NCBI GenBank assembly: GCA_038918635.1
Contig: JBCKZY010000004.1
Span: 1-46,452, forward strand
Length of the DNA stretch: 46,452 nt
Reading direction: 5' to 3'
Source of the DNA: Thermodesulfovibrionia bacterium
GTDB taxonomy: Bacteria; Nitrospirota; Thermodesulfovibrionia; UBA6902
The notes beneath the pieces are model-generated. The model saw only the letters and a list, made by a program, of their open reading frames with translations. It was not told the origin of the DNA and made no database searches. How positions within the stretch are numbered: position 1 is the first letter of the stretch; each line of letters begins with the position of its first letter. Shown here in pieces: positions 24,793-34,592 of the stretch. The position numbers and the translations under genes were made by a program.

Positions 24793-27283
24793 ATGGGTAA
24801 AGATTCAGATAAACGTGTAAAGGTTGTTGTTCTGGATATGCAGCCAATTGACCCGCCTGTTGGTGGGGGAAGGATCAGACTTTTAGGGCTCTATCATGGA
24901 CTGGGAGCAGATCTTCCTACAACCTATGTTGGGACCTATGACTGGCCCGGTGAAAAATTCCGTAAACATCGATTAAGTGACACCCTTGAAGAAGTCGATA
25001 TCCCCTTAACCAATGAGCACTTCAGGGAGTCTGAAAAGTGGCAGGCTAAAGCAGGGGGGAAGACTATCATTGATACATCGTTCCACCAGCTTGCTCACCT
25101 CTCACCACAATTTGTTGAATACGCAAAGAACGAAGTATTAAAGGCCGATATTGTCATATTTTCACACCCATGGGTCTATCCGCTTATGAAAAAAGAACTA
25201 AAACAGAATAAACAACTCATTGTTTATGATTCTCAAAATATGGAAGGCTTGCTCCGTACAGAGTTATTAGATGACGGCGCCTTTGGTACAGAAATTGTAA
25301 AAGAAGCGGTAAAGGTAGAGTATGAACTCTGCCATACAGCGGATATTACACTGGCATGCTCTCATGAAGACAGGGAGATGTTTCATAAGATGTATCAGGT
25401 GCCATTTAAAAAGATAAGGATTGTACCAAACGGCGTATTTACAGAAAACATTTTGCCTGCAGACAGAAAAAAGAGAGAGAACGCTAAGAAAAAACTGGGT
25501 CTTGAAGGTAAAATTTTATCCATCTTTATCGGCAGTGCATACGCGCCGAATATTGAGGCCGCGAACGTTATCTGTCAGACACTGGCACCCGAACTCCCGC
25601 AAATAACTTTTGCGATATGCGGCGGGGTCGGAAACTCACTGGATAAAAAGCTGCTCGATAATGAAAAAGGTTCTAATGTAATAGTGACAGGCCTTATGGA
25701 TGAAACAGAAAAACTCCAATACCTCGCGGCAGCAGATATCGCCCTGAATCCGATGTCTTCCGGCTCAGGCACCAACATCAAGATGTTTGATTTTATGGCC
25801 GCTGGAATCCCTGTAGTAACAACACCTGTTGGAGCAAGGGGGATTGAGAACGGCACAAACTCTGCTTTCAGAGTATCTTCCCTTAAGGACTTTATCCCCG
25901 AAATCAATAAAGTAATGAATGATGAAAACCTGAAAACCGATTTATCGAACAACGCGCGGGTTTTGGTTGAGGGAAAATACTCGTGGGAACGGATATCGCC
26001 TAACCTTGGTTGCATACTCAAAAAAGCTTTAATTGAGAAACGACAAAGCCCCCGAGTCATCAATAAAATTGCTAATGTTTATGTAGAATCATCATTAATT
26101 TATACGAAATGTGAATCTGTAAAAGCTGATTCTTTTAATATAAGTAAAGGTACTCAACCAAATACCTTTGCCGAGACAAAAATACAAATAGCTTTATTGA
26201 CACCTTGGGGTATCCCTTGTGGAATAGCGGAACATTCTAAATACCTAGTGGACTCATTGAATCGACATAACGTAAAGTGTCTGATTCTATCTAATATAAA
26301 TAGAGATTCAAAACATTGTGGGCCAAAAAATAAAATGTCTTCCTCTATAGCTATTGAAGAAATATGGCAATATGGAAACATTAAAGCAAAAGATGTGGTT
26401 AATATTTGTAGAAACGCTTCTATTAACAAGCTTAATATTCAATATAATGCTGCTTTTTTTCAACGAAGAATCACTTATCGATATTGTGAACGAATGTATA
26501 AAGGCAGGTATTGATTTAATTGTTACCTTACACAACACCAAAAATATGGAAGTAGTATCTTTGCTGAAAATTGGGAATATGGGTGCATTGTTAATCGTTC
26601 ATAACATTGATGAACTAAAAAGACTTTCAAGTTTAGGTGTTAAAGGCTTGTCCCATATTCCTCTTGGTATTTTGGAAATCCCTGATGAACCAGCCATGGC
26701 CTTGCGAGAAAAATTTGGCATATCTTCTTCTCCCGTTATTGGGTCTTTTGGATTTCTTCGACCTCATAAGGGGCTAATTGAGCTTATAAAGGCTACTTCT
26801 ATATTGCTTAAGCTGTTTCCCAACATAGCTCTCTTTGCCATGAATGCACTATACCCAAGTGAGGATTCAAAAGAATATTTAATTGAATGTTATGATTGTA
26901 TAAATAGTTTAGGTCTCACCAATCATATTCGACTTGATACGCAATTCCTGGAAATTGAAGATCTCATCAGGAAGCTACATGTATGTGATCTTATTGTTCT
27001 GCCCTATCACTATAGTAATGAAGGGGCAAGTGCTTCAGTTAATATGGCCATTGCTGCTAAAAGGCCTGTGCTTACCACCCGTGAAGAGATATTTAAAGAG
27101 TGTAGTGATGCAATTTATCAGGTTGAAGGAAATGCCCCTCATATATTGTCAGCAGGTATCGCAAAAGTCCTTTTAAGCCCAATGTTATTACGGTCTTTAA
27201 AAATAAAAACTGAAAAATATATAGAAACTAATTCATGGAATTCTGTAGCAGATAAATATTTAAAACTAATATTAAAACAGTAA
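24793..27283 (+). pseudogene. Two-domain GT4 glycosyltransferase split by a +1 frameshift at a T7 tract (26454-26460)
   Basis: ORF 24793-26514 (GT4: SGSGTNIKMFDFMAAG; then PWGIPCGIAEHS) and ORF 26354-27283 (GSFGFLRPHKG, EGASASVNMA) join as ...YNAAFFNEESL... if T7 is T6, giving 829 aa. Confidence 0.8.
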
Positions 27284-27467
27284 TGACTTATTTCAACTAA
27301 TAAATATTTATCCATATAATTTAGATGAATTCTATAACAACCCTAAGTTATGATGGCAATACGAAAGTAGTAGTCCATATTATTTGGAGTATGTATCATT
27401 CTTGATCTTATAACAGTTTTATGCTTATTATTAACATCAATTAACCCCTAAAAAGGACTGTTACGCA

Positions 27468-28172
27468 ATGAAAGTTTCAATTGTAATACCATGTTTTAAT
27501 GAAGTAGAGTCTATCGGAAAGATCTTAGAGATAGTAATGCGTGTCCAGATAGTGGCAGATAAAGAAATTATAATTGTTGATGATTTCTCGACAGACGGGA
27601 CAAGAAAATACCTGAATTCCTTAGAGAAAGAAGATAGCTCCGTTAAAGTTATTTACCATGACAAAAATATGGGAAAAGGCGCAACCTTAAGGACCGGTTT
27701 TAAGGCAGTTACCGGTGATGTGGTGATAATTCAGGATGCTGACCTTGAATATGATCCTAATGATTACATCAGACTCTTAAAACCAATTGTTGAGGATAAG
27801 GCTGATGTGGTTTATGGTTCGCGTTTTGTGGGCGGTGAAGCACATCGCATCCTCTTCTTCTGGCATTCAATCGGAAATAAATTATTAACACTGTTTTCCA
27901 ATCTTTTTACAAACCTGAACCTTACAGACATGGAGGTATGTTATAAGGTTTTTAGAAGGGAAATATTGGATAAGATAGAGCTGAAGGAAGACAGGTTCGG
28001 TTTTGAGCCGGAATTTACCATTAAGATAAGTAAGCTAAAGTGCAGGATTTACGAGGTGGGTATCTCATATTCAGGACGGAGCAAGGGCGATATATGTCAT
28101 TCTGAAATACAGAATATTAAGATAGCCTCTCTGAGTTACATTGCCCTTCTTTTGCATCCCTGTTATATATAA
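27468..28172 (+). pseudogene. GT2 polyprenol-phosphate glycosyltransferase (DPM1-like) with a C-terminal deletion and frameshift
   Basis: SIVIPCFNE, DDFSTDGT, NMGKGA, QDADLEYDP, VYGSRF, LTDMEVCYK and FGFEPE. The native-looking tail ARAIYVILKYRILR* lies in another frame (28081-28125). Confidence 0.75.
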
Positions 28173-28226
28173 CTAGACTTCTTCCATTATCTTTCTAAGG
28201 AAAGCAAAGGCCTCCAAATACTTGTA

Positions 28227-30773
28227 TTGAGTTATATGGATAATACTAAATCAAGACGGAATGAAATGAATAATCATCTTCTAAGACCAAACTCATTATA
28301 TGGAATAACTGTAGTACTTATTCTGCTTTGCATTGGCCTGTACTGTGTTCCCTTTTCCATAATGGGTAATGACCTTGCATATATTCCTGGTGACATCGGT
28401 GATGCAGGGCTAACTTATTACTTACTTGAGCATGGATTTCAATGGCTTTCTGGGAGTCAGGAAAGCTTCTGGAATGCCCCCTTTTTCTATCCCGAACCAA
28501 TGGTCGTTACCTTTGCTGATAGTTTATCAGGAACCTTACCCCTCTACTCTGTATTTCGCCTGTTTGGTCTTGATAGAGAGACATCATTTCAGTGGTGGAT
28601 CATTACTATATTTATTCTGAACTATATCTCCTGCGTCTGGGTTCTGAGAAAGTTTTCAATCAGTCTGCCGGGTGCTGCCGCCGGTGCGTTTATTTTTACG
28701 TTCTCACTTCCTGTGATTGCACGTCTCGGTCATATTCATCTAACAACCCGATTCATGGTTCCTTTGGCATTCTACTTCACATGGAGTTACCTCAAGAAAC
28801 CTGATCTTAAATCTCTGACCGGTTTATGCCTAAGCATCGCCTGGCAATTTTACTGCGCAATATATATTGGGTTTTTCCTAGTTCTTTCAATTGTGGCTTT
28901 CATATTATCTTCTGCGATCATAAATCCGAAGCATTATAAATGGCGGGAGATATTCTGGGGCTCAGTCTCTAAGTTTGCATGTAGAACAGCAGTAATTTCC
29001 GCCTCAGGTCTAATCTTGCTGCCTCTGCTTCTTCCTTACTTCATAACTTCCCTGGATTATGGCTTAAGAGAATGGAGTCAGATATCTACCATGTTACCAA
29101 GAATTCAGAGCCTCGTTATGCCCGTACATGGAAGTCTTTTATGGAACTGGCTCAGGCCTCTAGGTCATAACCTGCCGATGCCATGGGAACACATAATGTT
29201 TATTGGTGTTCTGCCATGGATTGCGGTAATTTATGTTATCTTCAGTTTCAGAATAAATAATAATTATGACTTATCAGTCATTGGAAAGGCTGCCGCACTT
29301 TCTATTGTATTGATAATCCTGATTGTTCTTTACTGGGATGGTTTTTCGTTTTATAAATATATCTCTTTTATTCCGGGAGTCAAGGCTTTTAGGGCGGTTT
29401 CCAGAATTATATTAGTACTCTCATTTTTGTTTGCAATCTCTGTAGGTGTGCTTTTTACAAGATTAGAAGGTCACAAGATTAATAAGAGCTCTAATATGAC
29501 GTTATCCGTCTTTATATTTATTCTTTTAGGTGTATTGGTAGCCGATCAGTATGTTTTCCCTAATTCACAGAATCGCTTTTCGAAATCGTCTGTCCAGTTT
29601 CAATCTCAGAGCTTAGCTGCTGAGGTCCTGAAGAAGAACCCTTCTGCAAAGGTGTTTGCCTATATGCCGTCAAAATCTTCTGACCCACTTCATGTTATAC
29701 ACATGTACGCAATGTTGGCCTCTCAGATTATTCATATCCCGACTATCAATGGCTACAGCGGAAGCGTACCAAGAAACTATGATCTTTGTCTTAATTATAA
29801 TAAACATTGGGCCTTGAAACAGTGGATTACACTCAATAAAGCAAAATATGGCAAATATTACAATTCAACTGATAATTCATTTGACGGTCTGGTTATCGTG
29901 GGGGCACCAGAAAATAATACTGACAGTCATCCCATCTCAATCGCACATGAGGCATTGCCAAATGAAGGATTCAAGGCAGCTATATCACCTTCTTATGAAA
30001 AGATAACAGCAAAAATTAATGCCATAACCTTTTTACCTGTAAAAGTAACAAATAAGAGCGATTTGACTTGGCCAGCTATAGGAGGTTTTGATGGTAAAAA
30101 TAAAATCAGTCTTTCATACCGGTGGTTAACCTTAAGTGGGGAACAAATTGAGGGTTATACTCCGAGATTTCCATTACATTATGATTTAGCTCCCGGTGAG
30201 AGCATTACATTAGATGTAGAAATAAAAGCTCCTTCAGCCCCGGGAATATATATTGCAGAATTTGATATGGTTCAGGAGCATGTATCATGGTTTGCAAATA
30301 AGGGGTCTGAAACCGCACGCATAGGAATAAAAGTGGGTGCTCCCGAGGAACCTCTTGATATTTCTTTCACAATCGCCCATGAAGCATTGCCAGACGAAGG
30401 TTTCCGGGCAGAGATATCACCTGCTTATGAAAAGATAACAGCAAAAATTAATGCCACAACCGTTTTACCTGTAAAAGTAACAAATAAGAGCAACTTGACA
30501 TGGCCGTACAAGGGAAATTTTGATGGCAAAAGCAGAATTAGTCTTTCATACCGGTGGTTAACCTTAAGTGGGGAACAAATTGAGGGTTATACTCCGAGAT
30601 TTCCATTACATTATGATTTAGCTCCCGGTGAGAGCATTACATTAGATGTAGAAATAAAAGCTCCTTCAGCCCCGGGAAGATATATTGCAGAATTTGATAT
30701 GGTGCAGGAGCTCGTTGCATGGTTTGCAAATAAAGGATCTAAAACAGCACGTATAGAAGTAAAATCTGAATAA
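28227..30773 (+). CDS. Polytopic membrane protein, GT-C/YfhO-like, with two tandem C-terminal Ig-like (NBR1-FW-like) domains
   Basis: PGDIGD..YLLEH...FWNAPFFYP N-terminal loop, ~12 TM segments, RAVSR and TINGYSG. Duplicated 144-aa domain (LAPGESITL.V.I.APS.PG.Y..EFDMVQE...WF). True start may be an ATG at ~28237-28266. Confidence 0.75.
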   Translation: MSYMDNTKSRRNEMNNHLLRPNSLYGITVVLILLCIGLYCVPFSIMGNDLAYIPGDIGDAGLTYYLLEHGFQWLSGSQESFWNAPFFYPEPMVVTFADSLSGTLPLYSVFRLFGLDRETSFQWWIITIFILNYISCVWVLRKFSISLPGAAAGAFIFTFSLPVIARLGHIHLTTRFMVPLAFYFTWSYLKKPDLKSLTGLCLSIAWQFYCAIYIGFFLVLSIVAFILSSAIINPKHYKWREIFWGSVSKFACRTAVISASGLILLPLLLPYFITSLDYGLREWSQISTMLPRIQSLVMPVHGSLLWNWLRPLGHNLPMPWEHIMFIGVLPWIAVIYVIFSFRINNNYDLSVIGKAAALSIVLIILIVLYWDGFSFYKYISFIPGVKAFRAVSRIILVLSFLFAISVGVLFTRLEGHKINKSSNMTLSVFIFILLGVLVADQYVFPNSQNRFSKSSVQFQSQSLAAEVLKKNPSAKVFAYMPSKSSDPLHVIHMYAMLASQIIHIPTINGYSGSVPRNYDLCLNYNKHWALKQWITLNKAKYGKYYNSTDNSFDGLVIVGAPENNTDSHPISIAHEALPNEGFKAAISPSYEKITAKINAITFLPVKVTNKSDLTWPAIGGFDGKNKISLSYRWLTLSGEQIEGYTPRFPLHYDLAPGESITLDVEIKAPSAPGIYIAEFDMVQEHVSWFANKGSETARIGIKVGAPEEPLDISFTIAHEALPDEGFRAEISPAYEKITAKINATTVLPVKVTNKSNLTWPYKGNFDGKSRISLSYRWLTLSGEQIEGYTPRFPLHYDLAPGESITLDVEIKAPSAPGRYIAEFDMVQELVAWFANKGSKTARIEVKSE
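29940..30770 (+). repeat. 432-bp intragenic domain duplication
   Basis: Copies start at 29940 and 30372. 30108-30246 and 30540-30678 are identical over 139 bp. Confidence 0.9.
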
Positions 30774-30801
30774 TATTTTATCAAGAGTTCACAGGTATTA
30801 C

Positions 30802-31878
30802 TTGAAATTAAAACTCATACTCATTAACGGCCGCTTCATGTCACAACCTGTTTCAGGTGTCCAGCGATTTGCCCGTGAGGTAATAGGTGAGTTAGCAAAA
30901 ATAGAAAAAAGCGGGTTCAAATTCATTATCGCCCTCCCGGGAGATAATGTCACAATACCTCTTCAGGATATAGAGAGCTATAACGATAATTCTATTCTCC
31001 CAACTTCCTTATGGCAGCAGTTAAGGCTTCCGATTCTTATGAAAAAGCTGAAGGCCGACCTGCTCTGGAGCCCATGCAATATTGGGCCAATTTTTACAGG
31101 AAACCATGTCATATCAATACACGACACAACCCCCTTTGCAGGACCGGAATGGTTCTCTTTCCCATTCAGGACATATTACAGATTCATCTTCCCTTTATTG
31201 GGACAGAGAGCTATAAGGGTCATTACACCAAGCACTTTTTCAAAACAAGATATCGTCAGGTATGGTATTGCGCAAGAGGGAAATATCAAAGTTATCTACG
31301 GCGGTGTAAGCTCTAAATTTACGCATCAAGAACCCTCGCCCTATGATCATCCCTATATCCTTACCGTCGGCTCAATAAACCCGAGAAAGAATATATCAAA
31401 TCTGATAACGTCGTGGGGACGTATCCCCGCTAATGTCAAAGACGGCAGAAGATTGGTGATTGCAGGAGGTGAAGAAAACTGTTATGCCTCGGAAAATTTT
31501 GGGGATATACCTGATGACATAACATTCACAGGGTATATCCCTGACGAAGATCTGCCTTCACTCTACTCAGGAGCGGATGCGTTTATATTCCCTTCACTTT
31601 ACGAGGGCTTCGGCCTCCCGCCCCTTGAGGCCATGGCCAGCGGGTGCCCTGTTATCACTTCAAATCTCTCAAGTATGCCGGAGGTTTGCGGTGATGCCGC
31701 TTATTACATAGACCCGGAGAGCACTGAAAGCATTACAGATGGGATAATAAAAGTCCTGACCGATAGGGACCTGAGGGAAGGTCTTATTCGAAAAGGGCTT
31801 GAAAGGGCAAAGTTGCTCACATGGGAGAGATCGGCAGAGGAACATATAAAGGTTTTTGAAGGGATTTTGAATTATTAG
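30802..31878 (+). CDS. Glycosyltransferase family 4 (mannosyltransferase-like)
   Basis: INGRF..Q..SGVQRFA, SIHD, GSINPRKNI and FPSLYEGFGLPPLEAMASGCPVI. TTG start. Confidence 0.95.
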   Translation: MKLKLILINGRFMSQPVSGVQRFAREVIGELAKIEKSGFKFIIALPGDNVTIPLQDIESYNDNSILPTSLWQQLRLPILMKKLKADLLWSPCNIGPIFTGNHVISIHDTTPFAGPEWFSFPFRTYYRFIFPLLGQRAIRVITPSTFSKQDIVRYGIAQEGNIKVIYGGVSSKFTHQEPSPYDHPYILTVGSINPRKNISNLITSWGRIPANVKDGRRLVIAGGEENCYASENFGDIPDDITFTGYIPDEDLPSLYSGADAFIFPSLYEGFGLPPLEAMASGCPVITSNLSSMPEVCGDAAYYIDPESTESITDGIIKVLTDRDLREGLIRKGLERAKLLTWERSAEEHIKVFEGILNY

Positions 31879-31913
31879 TCGATCTTCAAGACTAACAAAA
31901 AAGGAGCATTATA

Positions 31914-34178
31914 TTGAAACCATCGCATGTTCTAGGAAATATTGCTGAAAAATCAACCCCATGGTGCCTGTTCTTTATAGCATTTTCAATTATCCTCCAT
32001 ACAAGGCAGTACCTCTTCAACAGGTCTTTATGGTTTGATGAGACTATGAACGCCTTCAGTATAGTTGGTAAATCCTACTCTGATCTTCTGGGTAAATTAG
32101 CCTACAGTCAGGGAATACCGTCTGGATTTTTATTTATAGAAAAATTCATTGTTGATACTTTTAATAGCAGTGAATATGCTCTCAGGCTGTTTCCGTTTAT
32201 TTGCGGTATTCTCTCAGTTGTTCTGTTTTATAAACTGATAAAAAATTACTTAAACTCTTCAATAATAATTATTGCTGTTTTACTGTTTTCAATCTCTGAC
32301 TCCCTTATTTATTATTCGTCTGAAGTAAAACCTTATTCAAGTGATGTATGTATTGCCATACTTATATTGCTTGTAGTGTTTTATTTTGATTCAAGAAGGT
32401 CCCGTATCGCGTTCATTACCTGTGCTGTTACCGGAGCATTGGCGGTATGGATCTCATATCCATCTGTTTTTGTATTATCAGGGGCAGGGATTACCTTAAT
32501 AATCTCATATGCTTATAAACGTAATTTTAAAAAATTATTTCAATTCACATCCATATGTGCTATCTGGCTGTCAAGCTTCCTTGCGCTTTATCATCTCTCA
32601 ATAAAGAATCAAATCAGCACAGATCTGGTTCAGGATTGGGCAACCAATTTCACCCCATTTGCACCATTCCCTCCCCTAAACGCTTCTGATTTTAAATGGT
32701 ATATGAATGCATTCTTTAATGTTTTTACTGATCCGTTGTCTTTTAAATATAAATATTTAGCCGGTATCATTTATCTCATAGGTTGCATTGCTGTCTTTTT
32801 TAGGAATAAGAAGACATTTTTTTTGCTTACCGCCCCTGTACTTATGACTTTAATAGCATCTGGACTTGAAAGATACCCTTTTTCACAGCGTATGCTCTTA
32901 TTCCTTATCCCGTTTCTTTTATATTTTATATCCGAAGGGGTTCTCTGGGTCTACAAGAGGTCTGTTCTTGTGAGCATCCTGTTGGCTGGTATAATCACTT
33001 TTTCTCCTCTGAATAATACTATTCAATATCTTGTTACACCACGAACACACGAGGAGATAAAACCTCTCATGATGGATATCAGGGATCACTGGAAAGAGGG
33101 AGATAAGATTTATATTGATACATGGATAACATCGCTCCAGTTCAGGTATTATCAGAAGCAGTTTGGTTTTAATGATAATGAATATAAAGTCACAGGCCTA
33201 TATTCATTTTACATGCTGCCTAGGGAAGAGAACATCTGGTTTCTTACTTCTCATCGCTTTAAAGATGAAATTGATGCAATTTCACGATATTTCGAGCTTT
33301 CCGGAGAAAAAATGTATTCCAGGATTGCTCCTAAAACCTATACGAAGATGGGTGGGCATGCCGCTGTATTTCATTATAATCTTAATAAAAGCAAAGACAA
33401 ACCGTACTTTCTGCCTGGAATTGGTAAATGGCAGGGCATGTACAACGATTCATGGACCAACGGGAACGCGTTTGTTGAAGGTATAAATTATTCTCTTAAC
33501 AATTCGTACCGTTTCCTCGTTTTAGCTTTAAAGGGATATCATCCATTTAAACCGGAAGTGGATGAGATCGGTTTAAAAGTTTTCATAAATGGTGAAAGTA
33601 TCCATTTTTCACATAAATCTGAGAATAAATACTTTTACAGAATAAAACCTCCCTTGAAAATTATTAAGGATATCCGGATTCAGTCAAAAACGTTTGTTCC
33701 GGAAGAGCTTAATATAAATACGGACCGGCGCAAACTTGGCGTTAACATTGATTATATAATGTTGAGCAATACAGAATATTTCTTTTATCAATGGGAGACG
33801 TATAACGGCATTATCCCCGGATTTCCAGAAAATACTGCTGTCAAGTTTCGTTGGAGTCAGATTCGGTCTTCCATGAGTGTTAGTGAATTTCTCAATAATA
33901 ACAGTGAAAAAGAGCTTTTCTTAAAATGTGACCATCCTGATATTGAGGAGAGACCTGTGAATATCAGCCTCCTTGCTGATGACGAGGTAATTAAAGAAAT
34001 TTTATTAGATAATAAGCAGTGGCAAAACATATCTCTTAAAACAGTGGATCTCGAGAATAAATCAACTCTTACTTTTCAGGTCAGCAGAACCTGGAGTCCG
34101 GAATCTTTTGGGATATCCGATGATAGTCGTGATTTAGGCGTTGCGGTAGCGATCCCCGGTAGTGAGCACAGGCAATAA
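31914..34178 (+). CDS. GT-C membrane glycosyltransferase (GT39/ArnT-PMT-like) with two C-terminal beta-rich domains
   Basis: NRSLWFDE acidic loop, EYALRLFP, YYSSEVKPYSSD and RYPF..RM.LF. The soluble tail has DRRKLGV and DSRDLGV motifs. Confidence 0.8.
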   Translation: MKPSHVLGNIAEKSTPWCLFFIAFSIILHTRQYLFNRSLWFDETMNAFSIVGKSYSDLLGKLAYSQGIPSGFLFIEKFIVDTFNSSEYALRLFPFICGILSVVLFYKLIKNYLNSSIIIIAVLLFSISDSLIYYSSEVKPYSSDVCIAILILLVVFYFDSRRSRIAFITCAVTGALAVWISYPSVFVLSGAGITLIISYAYKRNFKKLFQFTSICAIWLSSFLALYHLSIKNQISTDLVQDWATNFTPFAPFPPLNASDFKWYMNAFFNVFTDPLSFKYKYLAGIIYLIGCIAVFFRNKKTFFLLTAPVLMTLIASGLERYPFSQRMLLFLIPFLLYFISEGVLWVYKRSVLVSILLAGIITFSPLNNTIQYLVTPRTHEEIKPLMMDIRDHWKEGDKIYIDTWITSLQFRYYQKQFGFNDNEYKVTGLYSFYMLPREENIWFLTSHRFKDEIDAISRYFELSGEKMYSRIAPKTYTKMGGHAAVFHYNLNKSKDKPYFLPGIGKWQGMYNDSWTNGNAFVEGINYSLNNSYRFLVLALKGYHPFKPEVDEIGLKVFINGESIHFSHKSENKYFYRIKPPLKIIKDIRIQSKTFVPEELNINTDRRKLGVNIDYIMLSNTEYFFYQWETYNGIIPGFPENTAVKFRWSQIRSSMSVSEFLNNNSEKELFLKCDHPDIEERPVNISLLADDEVIKEILLDNKQWQNISLKTVDLENKSTLTFQVSRTWSPESFGISDDSRDLGVAVAIPGSEHRQ

Positions 34179-34424
34179 AATTAAGGCTCTTCAGATAAAT
34201 TTGTGGGTAAATAAATTAAAAACTACAATATAACATATTGATATATAAACGTTTTATTGTACTGGCAGACTCCCGTTTTTCGGTAGTTAGATACGTTTGC
34301 CAATTCTGAAGGTTTCCCACAGGGCCCACATGACGGTTAATCGCAGCAAGTAGGCTGCTTATTCCATGTGGACTTGTGGAAAACCTCCAGCAGATCACCC
34401 ATAAATTATTCTGACGAGGCAAAA

Positions 34425-34581
34425 TTGACAAGCTCGTAAAAAGTCTTGTTTCCCCTCCCCTGGTGGGAGGGGATTAAGGGGAGGGGGATATAAACATTTG
34501 AAATAAAACCTTTTTCACCCTCACCCCAACCCTCTCCCGTCAAGGGAGAGGGGGTTTTTGGACTTTTTACGAGTCCATCAA
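34425..34581. mobile_element. MITE-like element, 157 bp, same TIR family as 7712-7865 but with a different interior
   Basis: Left end TTGACAAGCTCGTAAAAAGTC; right end reverse-complemented TTGATGGACTCGTAAAAAGTC. The interior has two CCCTCCC..GGGAGGG / CCCTCTCCC..GGGAGAGGG hairpins. Confidence 0.72.
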
Positions 34582-34592
34582 AATTAATTTAT

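Noticed and set aside
26354-26453. Independent start for the 26354-27283 GT ORF
   Set aside because: Its N-terminal ~33 residues are out-of-frame sequence. Homology continues from the upstream ORF across the T7 tract.
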